A program made the translations under genes and the position numbers. Source: Squalus acanthias (lineage: Eukaryota). Taken from it: 64,000 nt of DNA. Position 1 is the stretch's first letter; each line of letters starts with the position of its first letter. Below, piece by piece: positions 51,871 through 62,883 of this stretch. The DNA is taken from NCBI GenBank assembly GCA_030390025.1, contig CM059438.1:57662001-57726000 (forward strand). The letters run 5' to 3'. The notes beneath the pieces were generated by a model, which worked only from the letters and a program-made list of their open reading frames with translations, did no database searches and had not been told where the DNA came from.

Positions 51871-53661
51871 CTGAAGAACCAAAAACAACAAATCATTAAC
51901 TGTGATGCTGGGATTTCTCACTTAAGTTTTTAATCATTTTACTTCAAGATTTTCATAACAGTCAAAATATAATTTAAACTATAGAGCCCAATATAACAGA
52001 AAAAAAACTTCCAGAACATAACAAGTTCCAAAGAGTGACCCTAGTCATGGTTACAGATAAATTAGCATTGAAACATCCAGGGTTAACATGAACTCTCTGC
52101 ACCAAAAGCACACACACGAAAGAGAAACCCAAGAAACCTCGGGGGAGAAATTCCCCTAGAGGGCCATTTGAGGCGTTAAGTCAACAATGTTTGAAAGATT
52201 AGCACTAGGCCTCAGTGTTCGCAACCCCTGCAGCAGTCAGTAATATCGTCTGGCGCTGTTGCGGGGCGCGAGGAGGAATTTTTCTCCTGAGGCGCTACCG
52301 GGGCGCTGCTCCAGGAGATGATGTCATGATCTCCAGGCGCAGAAGATCGGGGCGATACCCGGTAGCACCGCAGCTAATAAATCCACGGGAGGCACGGTTA
52401 TCGCCTCGGGGTGGGGGGTAAAATGTAATTTACGTCCCGTTAGCGCCTCCCACCGGAGGGTCAAATGCGGGGAATTTCGCCCCCCTACTCTCTTATGCGA
52501 TTCCCACTTGATCCTAAAAAACATTTTCTGAAGTCCTTTTATTTTTCATCCCTCCACTTGGTTTCCCACTCTTGCACAGTATAAAAGACCATCAGTTCAT
52601 TTTGATCCAAAGTAGCAAAAGGAATAGAAAACTATTGTGTAGAATCCCTGCTAGACCTAAGGGTATTCCTGGGAGCGAGAGCAGTGTTTTAAGAATATCT
52701 GTTGAAGAACAAAGAAAATCAAACAAGATAGGTAATCTTTTCTTACTTCTTCATTTGGCTTCATCCACATCACTACTGGCCTGTCGTGCCCAGGAGGAGG
52801 GGTAGTGAGGTGTCACAAGTATGTTAAAGAGTAAAAGATCATTTATTTCCTACGCTTGAGTCTTCTCATGTCCCCCAAGCCCAAGACAAACACCCCCAAA
52901 GTAGCAACTCAGCAGTAGGCTTCTAACAGAGGTGTCCTAAGCTTTAGGATCCTAATGCCCAGTCCTAATGCCCTGAATCAAGCTCAGTGTTGCCAAAGAC
53001 AGCTGACAGGTCTCCACGTCGCAGTAAGCATCTCACTTGACATCTGGCAATTCCTGAAAAATGATTGCTGAGTCAGTGACTGGTGAGGTGTGCTTCCAGT
53101 CAGTGGAGACACAGTGGACCCAGCAGGTCCTGTCTGCTCTGACCATTACTGGAAGTTGCTTTCATAAGTTATCCAAGATTTCCTTGGAGGTGAATCAAAA
53201 GTAACGGGCATGATGGACCCTGCAAAGAATAAGGACTGAGACCTTTCCAAGATCCTGAATAGTGCCTCTCCCCCAATGCAGGGTTACATTCATCAGGACA
53301 GGTTAAAGGTAAATTTTAATTAATGTGTGGACATTTATGTGCAATGGTCCTATTGTATTTCTTTGCTATTTTAAAGGGGTATTTAAGACGTTGTAAATAA
53401 GCATCACACAAAAGCATTAGCAATTGTGCTCTAATATTGCACACAGTAAATTACAGGCTATAAATAAAAGACAAATGGAGAAGAAGAAAGATTAGGGGTA
53501 AAGGAAAAACTAGGTTAGCAAAAATAATACATTTTTATTAGTTTTTCAATGCTTATTTAGATTTTGACTAGCTTTATTACTTCAATACACAATGGCTCAT
53601 TCTAGACAGAACTTTTCATCAAGTTACTGTAATACTTCAGCAGTGAGTTATTTGTACTGAC

Positions 53662-53691
53662 CGATCCTCAGTTAAAGATGTTCTCGGCCTT
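53662..53691 (-). CDS. Microexon B5 (30 nt), RPRTSLTED(R)
   Basis: tattcttag|aaggccgagaacatctttaactgaggatcg|gtcagta. Confidence 0.7.
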
Positions 53692-54235
53692 CTAAGAATA
53701 CAAAAAAAAGAACCGTTAAAAATACCCTCTAAATATATTGGCATTTTTACTTTCTGTTGTGGACTCGAGTTTTATCAGCAAGAAACACCAAAAAGTGTGA
53801 GTTCTGTCAACAACAGATGCGTTTAGTCTCTGGTTGTGGCCTCCTGCCGCTGGCTCTCCCTCCCTGCCGCTGGCTAGGTTGTCCATTTGGCCGGCTGCCA
53901 GAAGGGAAATGGAACAAAAATGTTTATGAGGTCCTGTCGTTAAGTTCGGCAGGACCTCCGTGTTCCCAGACCCCTGCCCCGTTCTTCGACTGTTTTCGGC
54001 CTACCCCGTGAACTCTTCACCGCCCCGTAAATATCGGGGCCCTGTTGTAGGGAACACTCTGGTCCTATTCAGGTTGTGAACAAAAGGTGATTAAAAAAAT
54101 AGAGACAGAGACGCAGTCAGTCAGGTCTGGCAAAGTCAGACAAGTTTAAAACAGAGAGCTACAAGAGCAACAAAGGGACTTGCATTTATATAACACCTTA
54201 TCATTTCTGTCAATAATCACTTCACATGAAATTAA

Positions 54236-56775
54236 TTTTTTTTAAATTTGTTCATGGGATGTGGGCGTCGCTGGCAAGGCCAGCATTTATTGTCCATCCC
54301 TAATTGCCCTTGAGAAGGTGGTGGTGAGTTGCCTTCTTCAACCACTGCAGTCCGTGTGGTGAAGGTACTCCCACAGTGCTGTTAGGTAGGGAGTACCAGG
54401 ATTTTGACCCAGCGACGATGAAGAATCGTCAATACACGTATAAATCAGGATGGGGTGTGACTTGGAGGGGATCTTGGAAGTGGTGGTGTTCCCATGCGCT
54501 TGCTGCCTTTGTCCTTCTAGGTGGAAGAGGTCGCGGGTTTGGAAGGTGCTGCCGAAGAAACCTTGGCGAGTGGCTGCAGTGTATATTGTAGACAGTACAC
54601 ACTGCAGCCACGGTACACCGGTGGTGGAGGGAGTGAATGTTTAAGGTGGTGGATGGGGTGCCAATCAAGCGGCTGCTTTGTCCTGGATGGTGTCGAGCTT
54701 CTTGAGTGTTGTTGAAGCTGCACTCATCCAGGCAAGTGGAGAGTATTCCATCACACTCCTTACTTGTGCCTTGTAGATGGTAGAAAGGCTTTGGCGAGTC
54801 AGGAGGTGAGACACTCGCCGCAGAATTCCCAGCCTATGACCTATGCTTGTTGCCACAGTATTTATGTAGCTGGTCCCGTTAAGTGTCTGGTCAATGGTGA
54901 CGGTGGGGGATTTGGCGATGGTAATGCCATTGAATGTCAAGGGGCGGAGGTTAGACTATCGCTTGTTGGAGATGGTCATTGCCTGGCACTTCTGTGGCGC
55001 GAATGTTGCCTGCCACTTATCAGCCCAAGCCTGAATGTCGTCCAAGTCTTGTTGCATGCGGGCATGGACTGCTTCATTATCTGAGCAGTTGTGAATGGCA
55101 CTGAACACTGTGCAGTCATCAGCGAACATCCCCATTTCTGACCTTATGTTACAGGGAAGGTCATTGATGAAGTAGCTGAAGATGGTTGGGCCTAGGACAC
55201 TGCTCTGAGGAACTCCTGCAGCGATGTCCTGGGGCTGTGATGATTGACCTTCAATCACCATAACCATCTTCCTTTGTGCTAAGTATGACTCCAGCCAGTG
55301 GAGTTTTCCCCCTGATTCCCATTGACTTCAGTTTTACTAGGGCTCCTTCATGCCACACTCGGTCAAATGCTGCCTTGATGTCAAGGGCAGTAACTCTCAC
55401 CTCACCTCTGGAATTCAGCTCCTTTGTCCATGTTTGGACCAACGCTGTAATGAGGTCGGGAGCAGTGTGGTCTTGGCGGAACCCAAACTAGGCATCAGTG
55501 AGCAGGTTATTGGTGAGTAAGTGCTGCTTGATAGCACTGTCGATGACACCTTCCATCACTTTGCTGATGATTGAGAGTAGACTGATGGGGCGGTAATTGG
55601 CCGGATTGGAATTGTCCTGCTATTTGTGGGCAGGATATACCTGGGCAGTTTTCCACATTGTCGGATACATGCCAGTGTTGTCGCTGTACTGGAACAGCTT
55701 GAGTAGAGGCGTGGCTAGTTCTGGAGCACAAGTCTTCAGCACGATAGCTGGGATGTTGTCAGGGCCCATAGCCTTTGCTGTATCCAGTGCGCTGAGCCGT
55801 TTCTTGATATCATGTGGAGTGAATCGAATTGGCTGAAGACTGGCTTCTGTGGTGGTGTGGACCTCAGAAGGAGGTCGATATGTATCATCCACTTGGCACT
55901 TCTGGCTGAAGATGGTTGCAAACGCTTCAGTCTTGTCTTTTGCACTCACGTGCTGAGCTCCACCATCATTGAGGATGGGGATATTCATGGAGCCTCCTCC
56001 TCCCGTTAGTTGTTTAATGGTCCACCACCATTCACAACTGGATGTGGCAGGACTGCAGGGCTTTGATCTGATCCGTTGATTGTGGGATTGCTTAGCCCTG
56101 TCTATAGCATACTGCTTCCGCTTTTTAGCATGCATGTAGTCCTGTGTTGCAGCTTCCCCAGGTTGGCACCTCATTTTTAGGTACGTCTGGTGCTGCTCCT
56201 GGCATGCTCTTCTACACTCTTTATTGAACCAGGGTTGGTCCCCTGGCTTGATGGTAATGGTAGACTGAGGGATATGCCGGGCCATGAGGTTACAGATTGT
56301 GGTGGAATACAATTCTGCTGCTGCTGATGGCCCACAGCGCCTCAAGGATTGCCCAGTTTTGAGCTGCTAGATCTGTTCTGAATCTATCCCATTTAGCACG
56401 GTGGTAGTGCCACACAACACGATGGAGGGTGTCCTCAGTGTGAAGACGGAACTTTGTCTCCACAATGACTGTGCGGTGGTCACTGCTACCAATACTGTCA
56501 TGGACAGATACATATGCGACAGGTAGATTCGTGAGGACGAGGTCAAATAGGTTTTTCCCTCGTGTTGGTTCTCTCACCACCTGTCGCAGGCTCAAACTGG
56601 CAGCTATGTCCTTCAGAACTCGGCCAGCTCGGTCAGTAGTGGTGCTACCGAGCCACTGTTGGTGATGGACATTGAAGTCCCCCAACCAGAGTACATTCAG
56701 TGCCCTTGCTACTCTCAGTACTTCTTCCAAGTGGTGTTCAACATGGCGGAGTACTGATTCATCAGCTGAGGGAGG
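54236..56775 (-). mobile_element. CR1/L2-group LINE, 5'-truncated, with a MITE1 fragment fused at its 5' end (to ~56894)
   Basis: LGDFNVHHQQWLGS, SDHRTV, ALDIKAAFDRVWH, MFADDCT; A-rich tail at 54236. Confidence 0.9.
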
Positions 56776-58381
56776 GCCTCTCTGCCCCGCCTGCTCCGAT
56801 CCATTGCCTGGCACAGCCCTCACTCAAACTTTCCTGTTGTGCTCTGTGCGGCCGCAGGCCTACCCCCTGCAGCTAGCTAGCCTCTCAATCCGGCAATTGA
56901 ATTGCTTTCAATTGAGTGACTGCTATGCATGAAGTGTCAAGAACAGTTTCCAAATTTAAAAAGCGGGTGAGCTTTTAAACATTCTGTACGGACAATACCA
57001 ATGTGTGGTACAAAATCGGAAAAAACTCTGTTGATTCCCTCTGCATAAAGATACAAATATCCCCAAAGGCTGGCTCTGCCAGAAAGTGTATCTGGATAGA
57101 ACCAGCCCTTGAATATCTTTACTGTGTTAGCAACATCTCGCACCGCTGCTGCCACCCCCCAAATCCCAACATTAGAATTAATTACCATGACTTACCAGAA
57201 GGTTTGGATTCTGCATTCCCATTAAATGGGAGGAGAGTCACACATCCTTTATTACTGTATTCTACTTTCTTTGTTACTATCTCAGGTAACCAATAACTTT
57301 TCCCTTCCTTTTTCCATCAATTTTCTCCCCTTGTTGCGCAGTGGTTACAAAGCACTGGACACCACCTACTGCCCCGAATCACTGCTCCATTCCCAATATC
57401 TTTAACTTTGGGAGTGACTCAGACACTTGGGGGAATTTTAACCAAAAGAAACGGGTGGGTTTAGACTGTGGGGGTATTCAATTGTTAAAAATGGGATTCC
57501 CGACCAGATCCCGTCTCCATCCCGCCCACTTCCGGTTTTAATAGAGGTTGGACGGGGGGCGGGCGGTCAACCCACACCAGGGGGTGGAACGTCAATTTAA
57601 TATCATAATGCGACTGGAAGCCTCTTTTTTAACCTCCATATTTTTTTCTACTGCATGTGGACGGGCTTCACACAATTTTTGAAAACCGGGAGTTAATGCA
57701 AGATAGGGACGACTGGATCCAGGAGGTAAGTGGCTTTATACCTACCTCCTGGATCCAGGATCCCTACCGAACCCAGCCCCCAATATCGGAGATCGAGGGG
57801 GGAGTGGAAAGAGAGGACCGGGGCTCGCCTTCCCAGGTCTCACCCGCAAACTCAGGCCTTCCCCCACAACGATAATGCTGAGGGCGGCCACATTTCTCTC
57901 ATGGCCGGACACGATCATCTCTCTCCTGCCGACCCCATCTCTGCCTGACCTCCACCCCGATGCTTCCCCTGCCCCGATCCTCTCTCCCCACCGCACCTCG
58001 GACTGACCTCCACCCCGATCCTTTCCCGGCCTGATTCCCAATCGCTGGCCGATCAACCATTCGATTCTTTCAATGGCCCAAGATCCTCTCTCCCCACCCA
58101 TTGCATTGCCCGGCCCCGATCCCTGGTCCTCTCCATCTCCCTCCAGATCCATTGCCAGGCCCCCGGTCCTCTCTTCCCCCCACAACCCCGCCGGCATCCT
58201 GGGTTTACCGACCACATTGGAGCATACCCCCAACCCCAACACGCCTTCCTCCAGAAAATTCCGGCCTTTGATTGGGATCAAAAAGTGGGTTCCTGATTTC
58301 TTTAAAGTACTGGAATGAATAAATAGTTTCTCTCAGGAAAGGTACTGTAATAATAGAGCAAACTGTGTGGGTTGTACTCAC

Positions 58382-58411
58382 TGCACTGGACTTGAATAAC
58401 TCGGATACACC
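58382..58411 (-). CDS. Microexon A6 (30 nt), VYPSYSSPV(Q)
   Basis: tttcttcag|ggtgtatccgagttattcaagtccagtgca|gtgagta. Confidence 0.7.
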
Positions 58412-60586
58412 CTGAAGAAACAAAAACAACAAATCTTTAACTGTGATGCTGGGATTTCTCACTTCAGTTTTTAATAATTTTACTTCAAGATTTTCATAAC
58501 AGTCAAAATATAATTTAAACTGTAGCGGCCAATAAAACAAAGAAAAAAAAACACTACATAACAAGTTCCAAAGAGTGATCCTAGTCATGGTTACAGATAA
58601 ATTAGCATTGAAACATCCAGGGTTAACATGAACTCTCTGCACCAAAAGCACACACACAAAAGGAAAACGCAAGAAACCTCGGGGGAGAAATTTCCCTCGA
58701 GGGCCATTTGGGGCGCTAAGTCAAAAATGTTTGAAAAGTTAGCACCAGGCGCAAACCATCTCAAACATTTGAGAAAATCCCATTTTTTGATCCAAGAGGG
58801 AAGTGGAGCGCTAAATCAAGCGCTCAACTTGCCTCTTGGAGCGGAAGAGGCGGGGAATGTCCCGATCCGGAGTGATGTGCTCAGCAGCGCCACGAGTGGC
58901 AACACATGGCGCTGCCGCTTTGCAGGGGATCTTCCCTCAATTAAAGGGAAGGGCTCCCCGCTGCGAACTCTGCATTTTTTTTGGCATCTGCTGGAGCACT
59001 GGGCTGCGTGAGTGTTGCGCGATCAGCCCGGCACTCAGCCCGCGTCCAATGTGCTGAAATTTTTTACTTTAAAAATCAGCAATTTTTTTCATGTCGACCG
59101 GCCACCGCACCTTTAAATGGCGGCACGCACTGTGTTCGCAACCCCTGCAGCAGTCGGTAATATTGCCCGGCGCTGCTGCGGGGCGCAAGGAGGAATCTTT
59201 CTCCTGGGGCGCTGCGCCAGGAGATGACGTCATGATCTCCGGGAGCAGAAGTTTGGGACGCCACCCGGTGGCGCGGCAGCTAATAATTCCACGGGAGCCA
59301 CAGTTATCGTCTCGGGGTGGGGGGGGGGGGGGGTGCAAAAAGCCATTTGCACCCCATTAGCACCTCCCACTGGAGGGTCAAATGTGGGGAATTTCGCCCC
59401 CTTACTCTTTTCTGAGGTTCCCATTTGATCCTAAAAAAACATTTTCTGAAGTCCTTTTTATTTTTCATCCCTCCACTTGATTTCACACCCTTGCACAGTA
59501 TAAAAGACCACTGCCTGTGTCAATGCATCAGTTCATTTTGATCCAAATTAGCAAAAGCAATAGAAAACTATTGTGTACAATCCCTGCTAGACCTAAGGGG
59601 GTATTCCTGGGTGCGAGAGCAGTGTTTAAAGAATATCTGTTGAAGAACAAAGAAAATCAAACAAGATAGGTAATCTTTTCTTACTTCTTGATTTGGCTTC
59701 ATCCACATCACTACTGGCCAGTCGTGCCCAGGAGGAGGGGTAGTGAGGTGTCACAGGTATGTTAAAGAGTAAAAGATCATTTATTTCCTACGCTTGAGAC
59801 TTCTCATGTCCCCCAAGCCCATGACAATCACCCCCAAAGTAGCAACTCTGCAGTAGGCTTCTAACAGAGGTGTCCTAAGCTTTAGGATCCTAATGCCCAG
59901 TCCTGGTTCAAGCTCAGTGCTGCCAAAGACAGCTGACAGGTCTCCACGTTGCAGTGAGCGACTCACTTGACATCTGCCAATCCCTGAAAAATGATTGCTG
60001 AGTCAGTGACTGGTGAGGTGTGCTTCCAGTCAGTGGAGACACAGTGGACCCAGCAGGTATTGTCTGCTCTGACCATTACTGGAAGTTGCTTTCATAAGTT
60101 ATCCAAGATTTCCTTGGAGGTGAATCAAAAGTAATAGGTACGATGGACCCTGCAAAGATTAAGGACTGAGACCTTTCCAAGATCCTGAGTAGTGCCTCTC
60201 CCCCAATGCAGGGTTACATTCATTAGGACAGGTTAAAGGTAAATTTTTATTAATGTGTGGACATTCATGTGTAATGTTCCTATGATTTTTTTTGCTATTT
60301 TAAAGAAGCATTTAACCCGTTGTAAATAATCATCACACAAAAGCATAAGCAATTGTGCACTAATATTGCACAAAGTAAATTACAGGCTATAAATAAAAGA
60401 CAAATCGAGAAGAAAGATTAGGGGTAAAGGAAAAACTAGGTTAGCAGAAATAATAATTTTTTTAAATTTTTCAATGCCTATTTAGATTTTGACTAGCTTT
60501 ATTATTTCAATACACAATGGCTCATTCTAGACAAAATTTTTCATCAAGTTACTGTAATACTTCAGCAGTGAGATTTTTGTACTGAC

Positions 60587-60616
60587 CGATCTTCTGTTAA
60601 AGATGCTCTTGGCCTT
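60587..60616 (-). CDS. Microexon B6 (30 nt), RPRASLTED(R)
   Basis: ttttttgtattcttag|aaggccaagagcatctttaacagaagatcg|gtcagta; three synonymous differences versus B3/B4. Confidence 0.7.
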
Positions 60617-62853
60617 CTAAGAATACAAAAAAATGAACCATTAGAAATACCCTCTAAAAATATTGGCATTTTCACTTTCTGTTGAGAACTCGAGTTTTAT
60701 CAGCATGAAACACCAAAAAGTCTGATTTCTGCCAACAACAGCTTGCGTTTAGTCTCTGGTTGTGGCCTCCTGCCGCTGGCTCTCCCTCCCTGCCGCTGGC
60801 TAGGTTGTCCATTTGGCCGGCTGCCAGAAGGGAATTGGAACAAAAAATGTTTATGAGGTCCTGTTGTTAAGTTCGGCAGGACCTCCGTGTTCCCAGACCC
60901 CTGCCCAGTTCTTCGACTGTTTTCAGCCTAACCCGTGATCTCTTCATCGGGGTAGATCTTTGGCAGCACTGAGCTTGAATCAGGGCCACAATGTTGGGAA
61001 CAGTCTGGTCCTATTCAGGTTGTGAACACAAGGTGATTAAAAAATAGAGACAGAGACACAGTCAGTCAGATCTAGCAAAGTCAGTCAGGTTTAAAACAGA
61101 GCTGCAAGGCCAAGAAAGGGACTTGTATTTATATAACACCTTATCATTTCTGTCAATAAACATTTCACGTGAAATGAATTGCTTTCAATTGAGTGACTGG
61201 TATGCATGAAGTGTCAAGAACAGTTTCCAAATTTAAAAAGCGGGTGAACTTTTAAACATTCTATACGGACAATACCAATTTGAGATACAAAATCTGAAAA
61301 AGCTCTGTAGATTCCCTCTGCATAAAGATACAAATATCCCCAAAGGCTGGCTCCGCCAGAAAGTGTATCTGGATAGAACCAGCCCTTGAATATCTTTACT
61401 GTGTTAGCAACATCTCGCACCGTTGCTGCCAGTCCCCAAATCCCAACATTAGAGTTGATTACCATGACTTAGCAGAAGGTTTGGATTCTGCATTCCCATT
61501 AAATGGGAGGAGAGTCACACATCCTTAATTACTGTATCCTACTTTCTTTGTTACTATCTCAGATAACCAATAACTTTTCCCTTCCTTTTTCCACCAATTT
61601 TCTCCCCTTGTTGCGCAGTGGTTACAAAGCACTGGACACCACCTACTGCCCCGAATCACTGCTCCATTCCCAAATATCTTTGACTTTGGGAGTGACTCAG
61701 ACACTTGGGGGGAATTTTAACCGAAGGAAACGGGTGGGTTTAGACTGTGGGGGTATTTAATTGTTAAAAATGGAATTCCCGACCTGATCCCACCTCCATC
61801 GCGCCCACTTCCGGTTTTAATAGAGGTTGGATGGAGGGCGGACGACCAACCCACACCAGGGGGTGGAACGTCAATTTAATATTATAATGCGGCTGGAAGC
61901 CTCTTTTTTAACCTCCATATTGTTTTCTACTGCATGTGGACGGGCTTCACACAATTTGTGAAAACCGGGAGTTAAAGCAAGATGGGGACTACTGGATCCA
62001 GGATGTAAGAGGCTTTATACCTATATCCTGGATCGAGGGTCCCAACCTAACCCAGCCCCTGCGTTCGGAGATCGAGGAGGGAGAGGAAAGAGAGGACCGG
62101 GGATCGCCTTCCCAGGTCTCACCCGCACGCCCAGGCCTTCCCCTGCAACGATGATGCTGAGGATGGACACGATTCTCCGGTGGCCGGACACGATCGTCTC
62201 TCTCCTGCCCCCCTCATCTCTGCCTGACCTCCACCCCGATGCTTCCCCGCCCCGATCCTCTCTCCCCACCGCACCTCTCCCTGACCTCCCCCCCGATCAT
62301 TTCCCGGCCTGATCCCATATCGCTGGCCAATCAACCATTCGATCCTTTCAATGGCCCACGATCCTCTCTCCCCACCCATTCCATTGCCCGGTCCCGATCC
62401 CTGGTCCTCTCCACCTCCCCCTAGATCCATTGCCAGGCCCCCGGTCCTCTCTGCCCCACCCGCTCCGATCAATTACCCGGCCCCTGGTCCCCTCTTCCCC
62501 CCCACCCCACTGATCCATTGCCCGGCCCAGCCCTCACTCGAACTTTTGCTGTATGCTCTGTGCGGCCGTAGGCCTACACCCTGCAGCCAGGCAGCCTCTC
62601 AATGTGGCTGCCTGCGGGCGGGAAACCGAGGCCTCAAATGCAAATCATGCCCTGCCGTTAAAGTCAGCAGGGCCTATGGGAACCCCGGCCTCCCGATCCC
62701 ACCACCCCCAACACGCCTTCCTCCAGAAAATTCTGGCCTTTGATTGGGATCAAAAAATGGTTTCCTGATTTCTTTAATGTTCTGAAAGGAATAAATAGTT
62801 TATCTCAGGAAAGGTACTGTAATAATAGAGCAAACTGCGTGTGTTGTACTCAC

Positions 62854-62883
62854 TGCACTGGACTTGAAGAACTCGGATACACC
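62854..62883 (-). CDS. Microexon A7 (30 nt, phase 2-2), VYPSSSSPV(Q), of an unidentified repeat-protein gene
   Basis: Minus strand reads tttgttgtttttgtttgttcag|ggtgtatccgagttcttcaagtccagtgca|gtgagta. Confidence 0.7.

Noticed and set aside
59499..59675. Plus-strand TATAAAAG with Inr-like tcagtt ~30 nt downstream and donor ag|gtaatc (also at 25043), suggesting tandem plus-strand genes; ISRE-like gaaagggaaac upstream
   Set aside because: The spacer is deleted at 52580, the region is missing from several units, and no coherent plus-strand coding exons follow. An antisense promoter cannot be excluded without CAGE data.
59967..59983. Candidate 17-nt minus microexon (tttttcag|...|gtgag)
   Set aside because: Would shift the frame; donor lost and a CR1 inserted beside it in the 25460 copy; absent from other units.
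60040..60080. CACAGTG heptamer in several units, suggesting an Ig/TCR segment array
   Set aside because: No nonamer at 12 or 23 nt spacing and no V, D or J coding sequence.
60720..60822. Strong minus-strand acceptor ccatttcccttctggcag with ORF RPNGQPSQR...
   Set aside because: 1-bp indels among copies and no conserved GT donor.
61214..61465. Recurrent 83-aa minus ORF MVINSNVGIWG... (also 56937, 46069, 22366)
   Set aside because: Frameshifted in two of four copies, no recognisable domain, and recurrence is explained by the tandem duplication.
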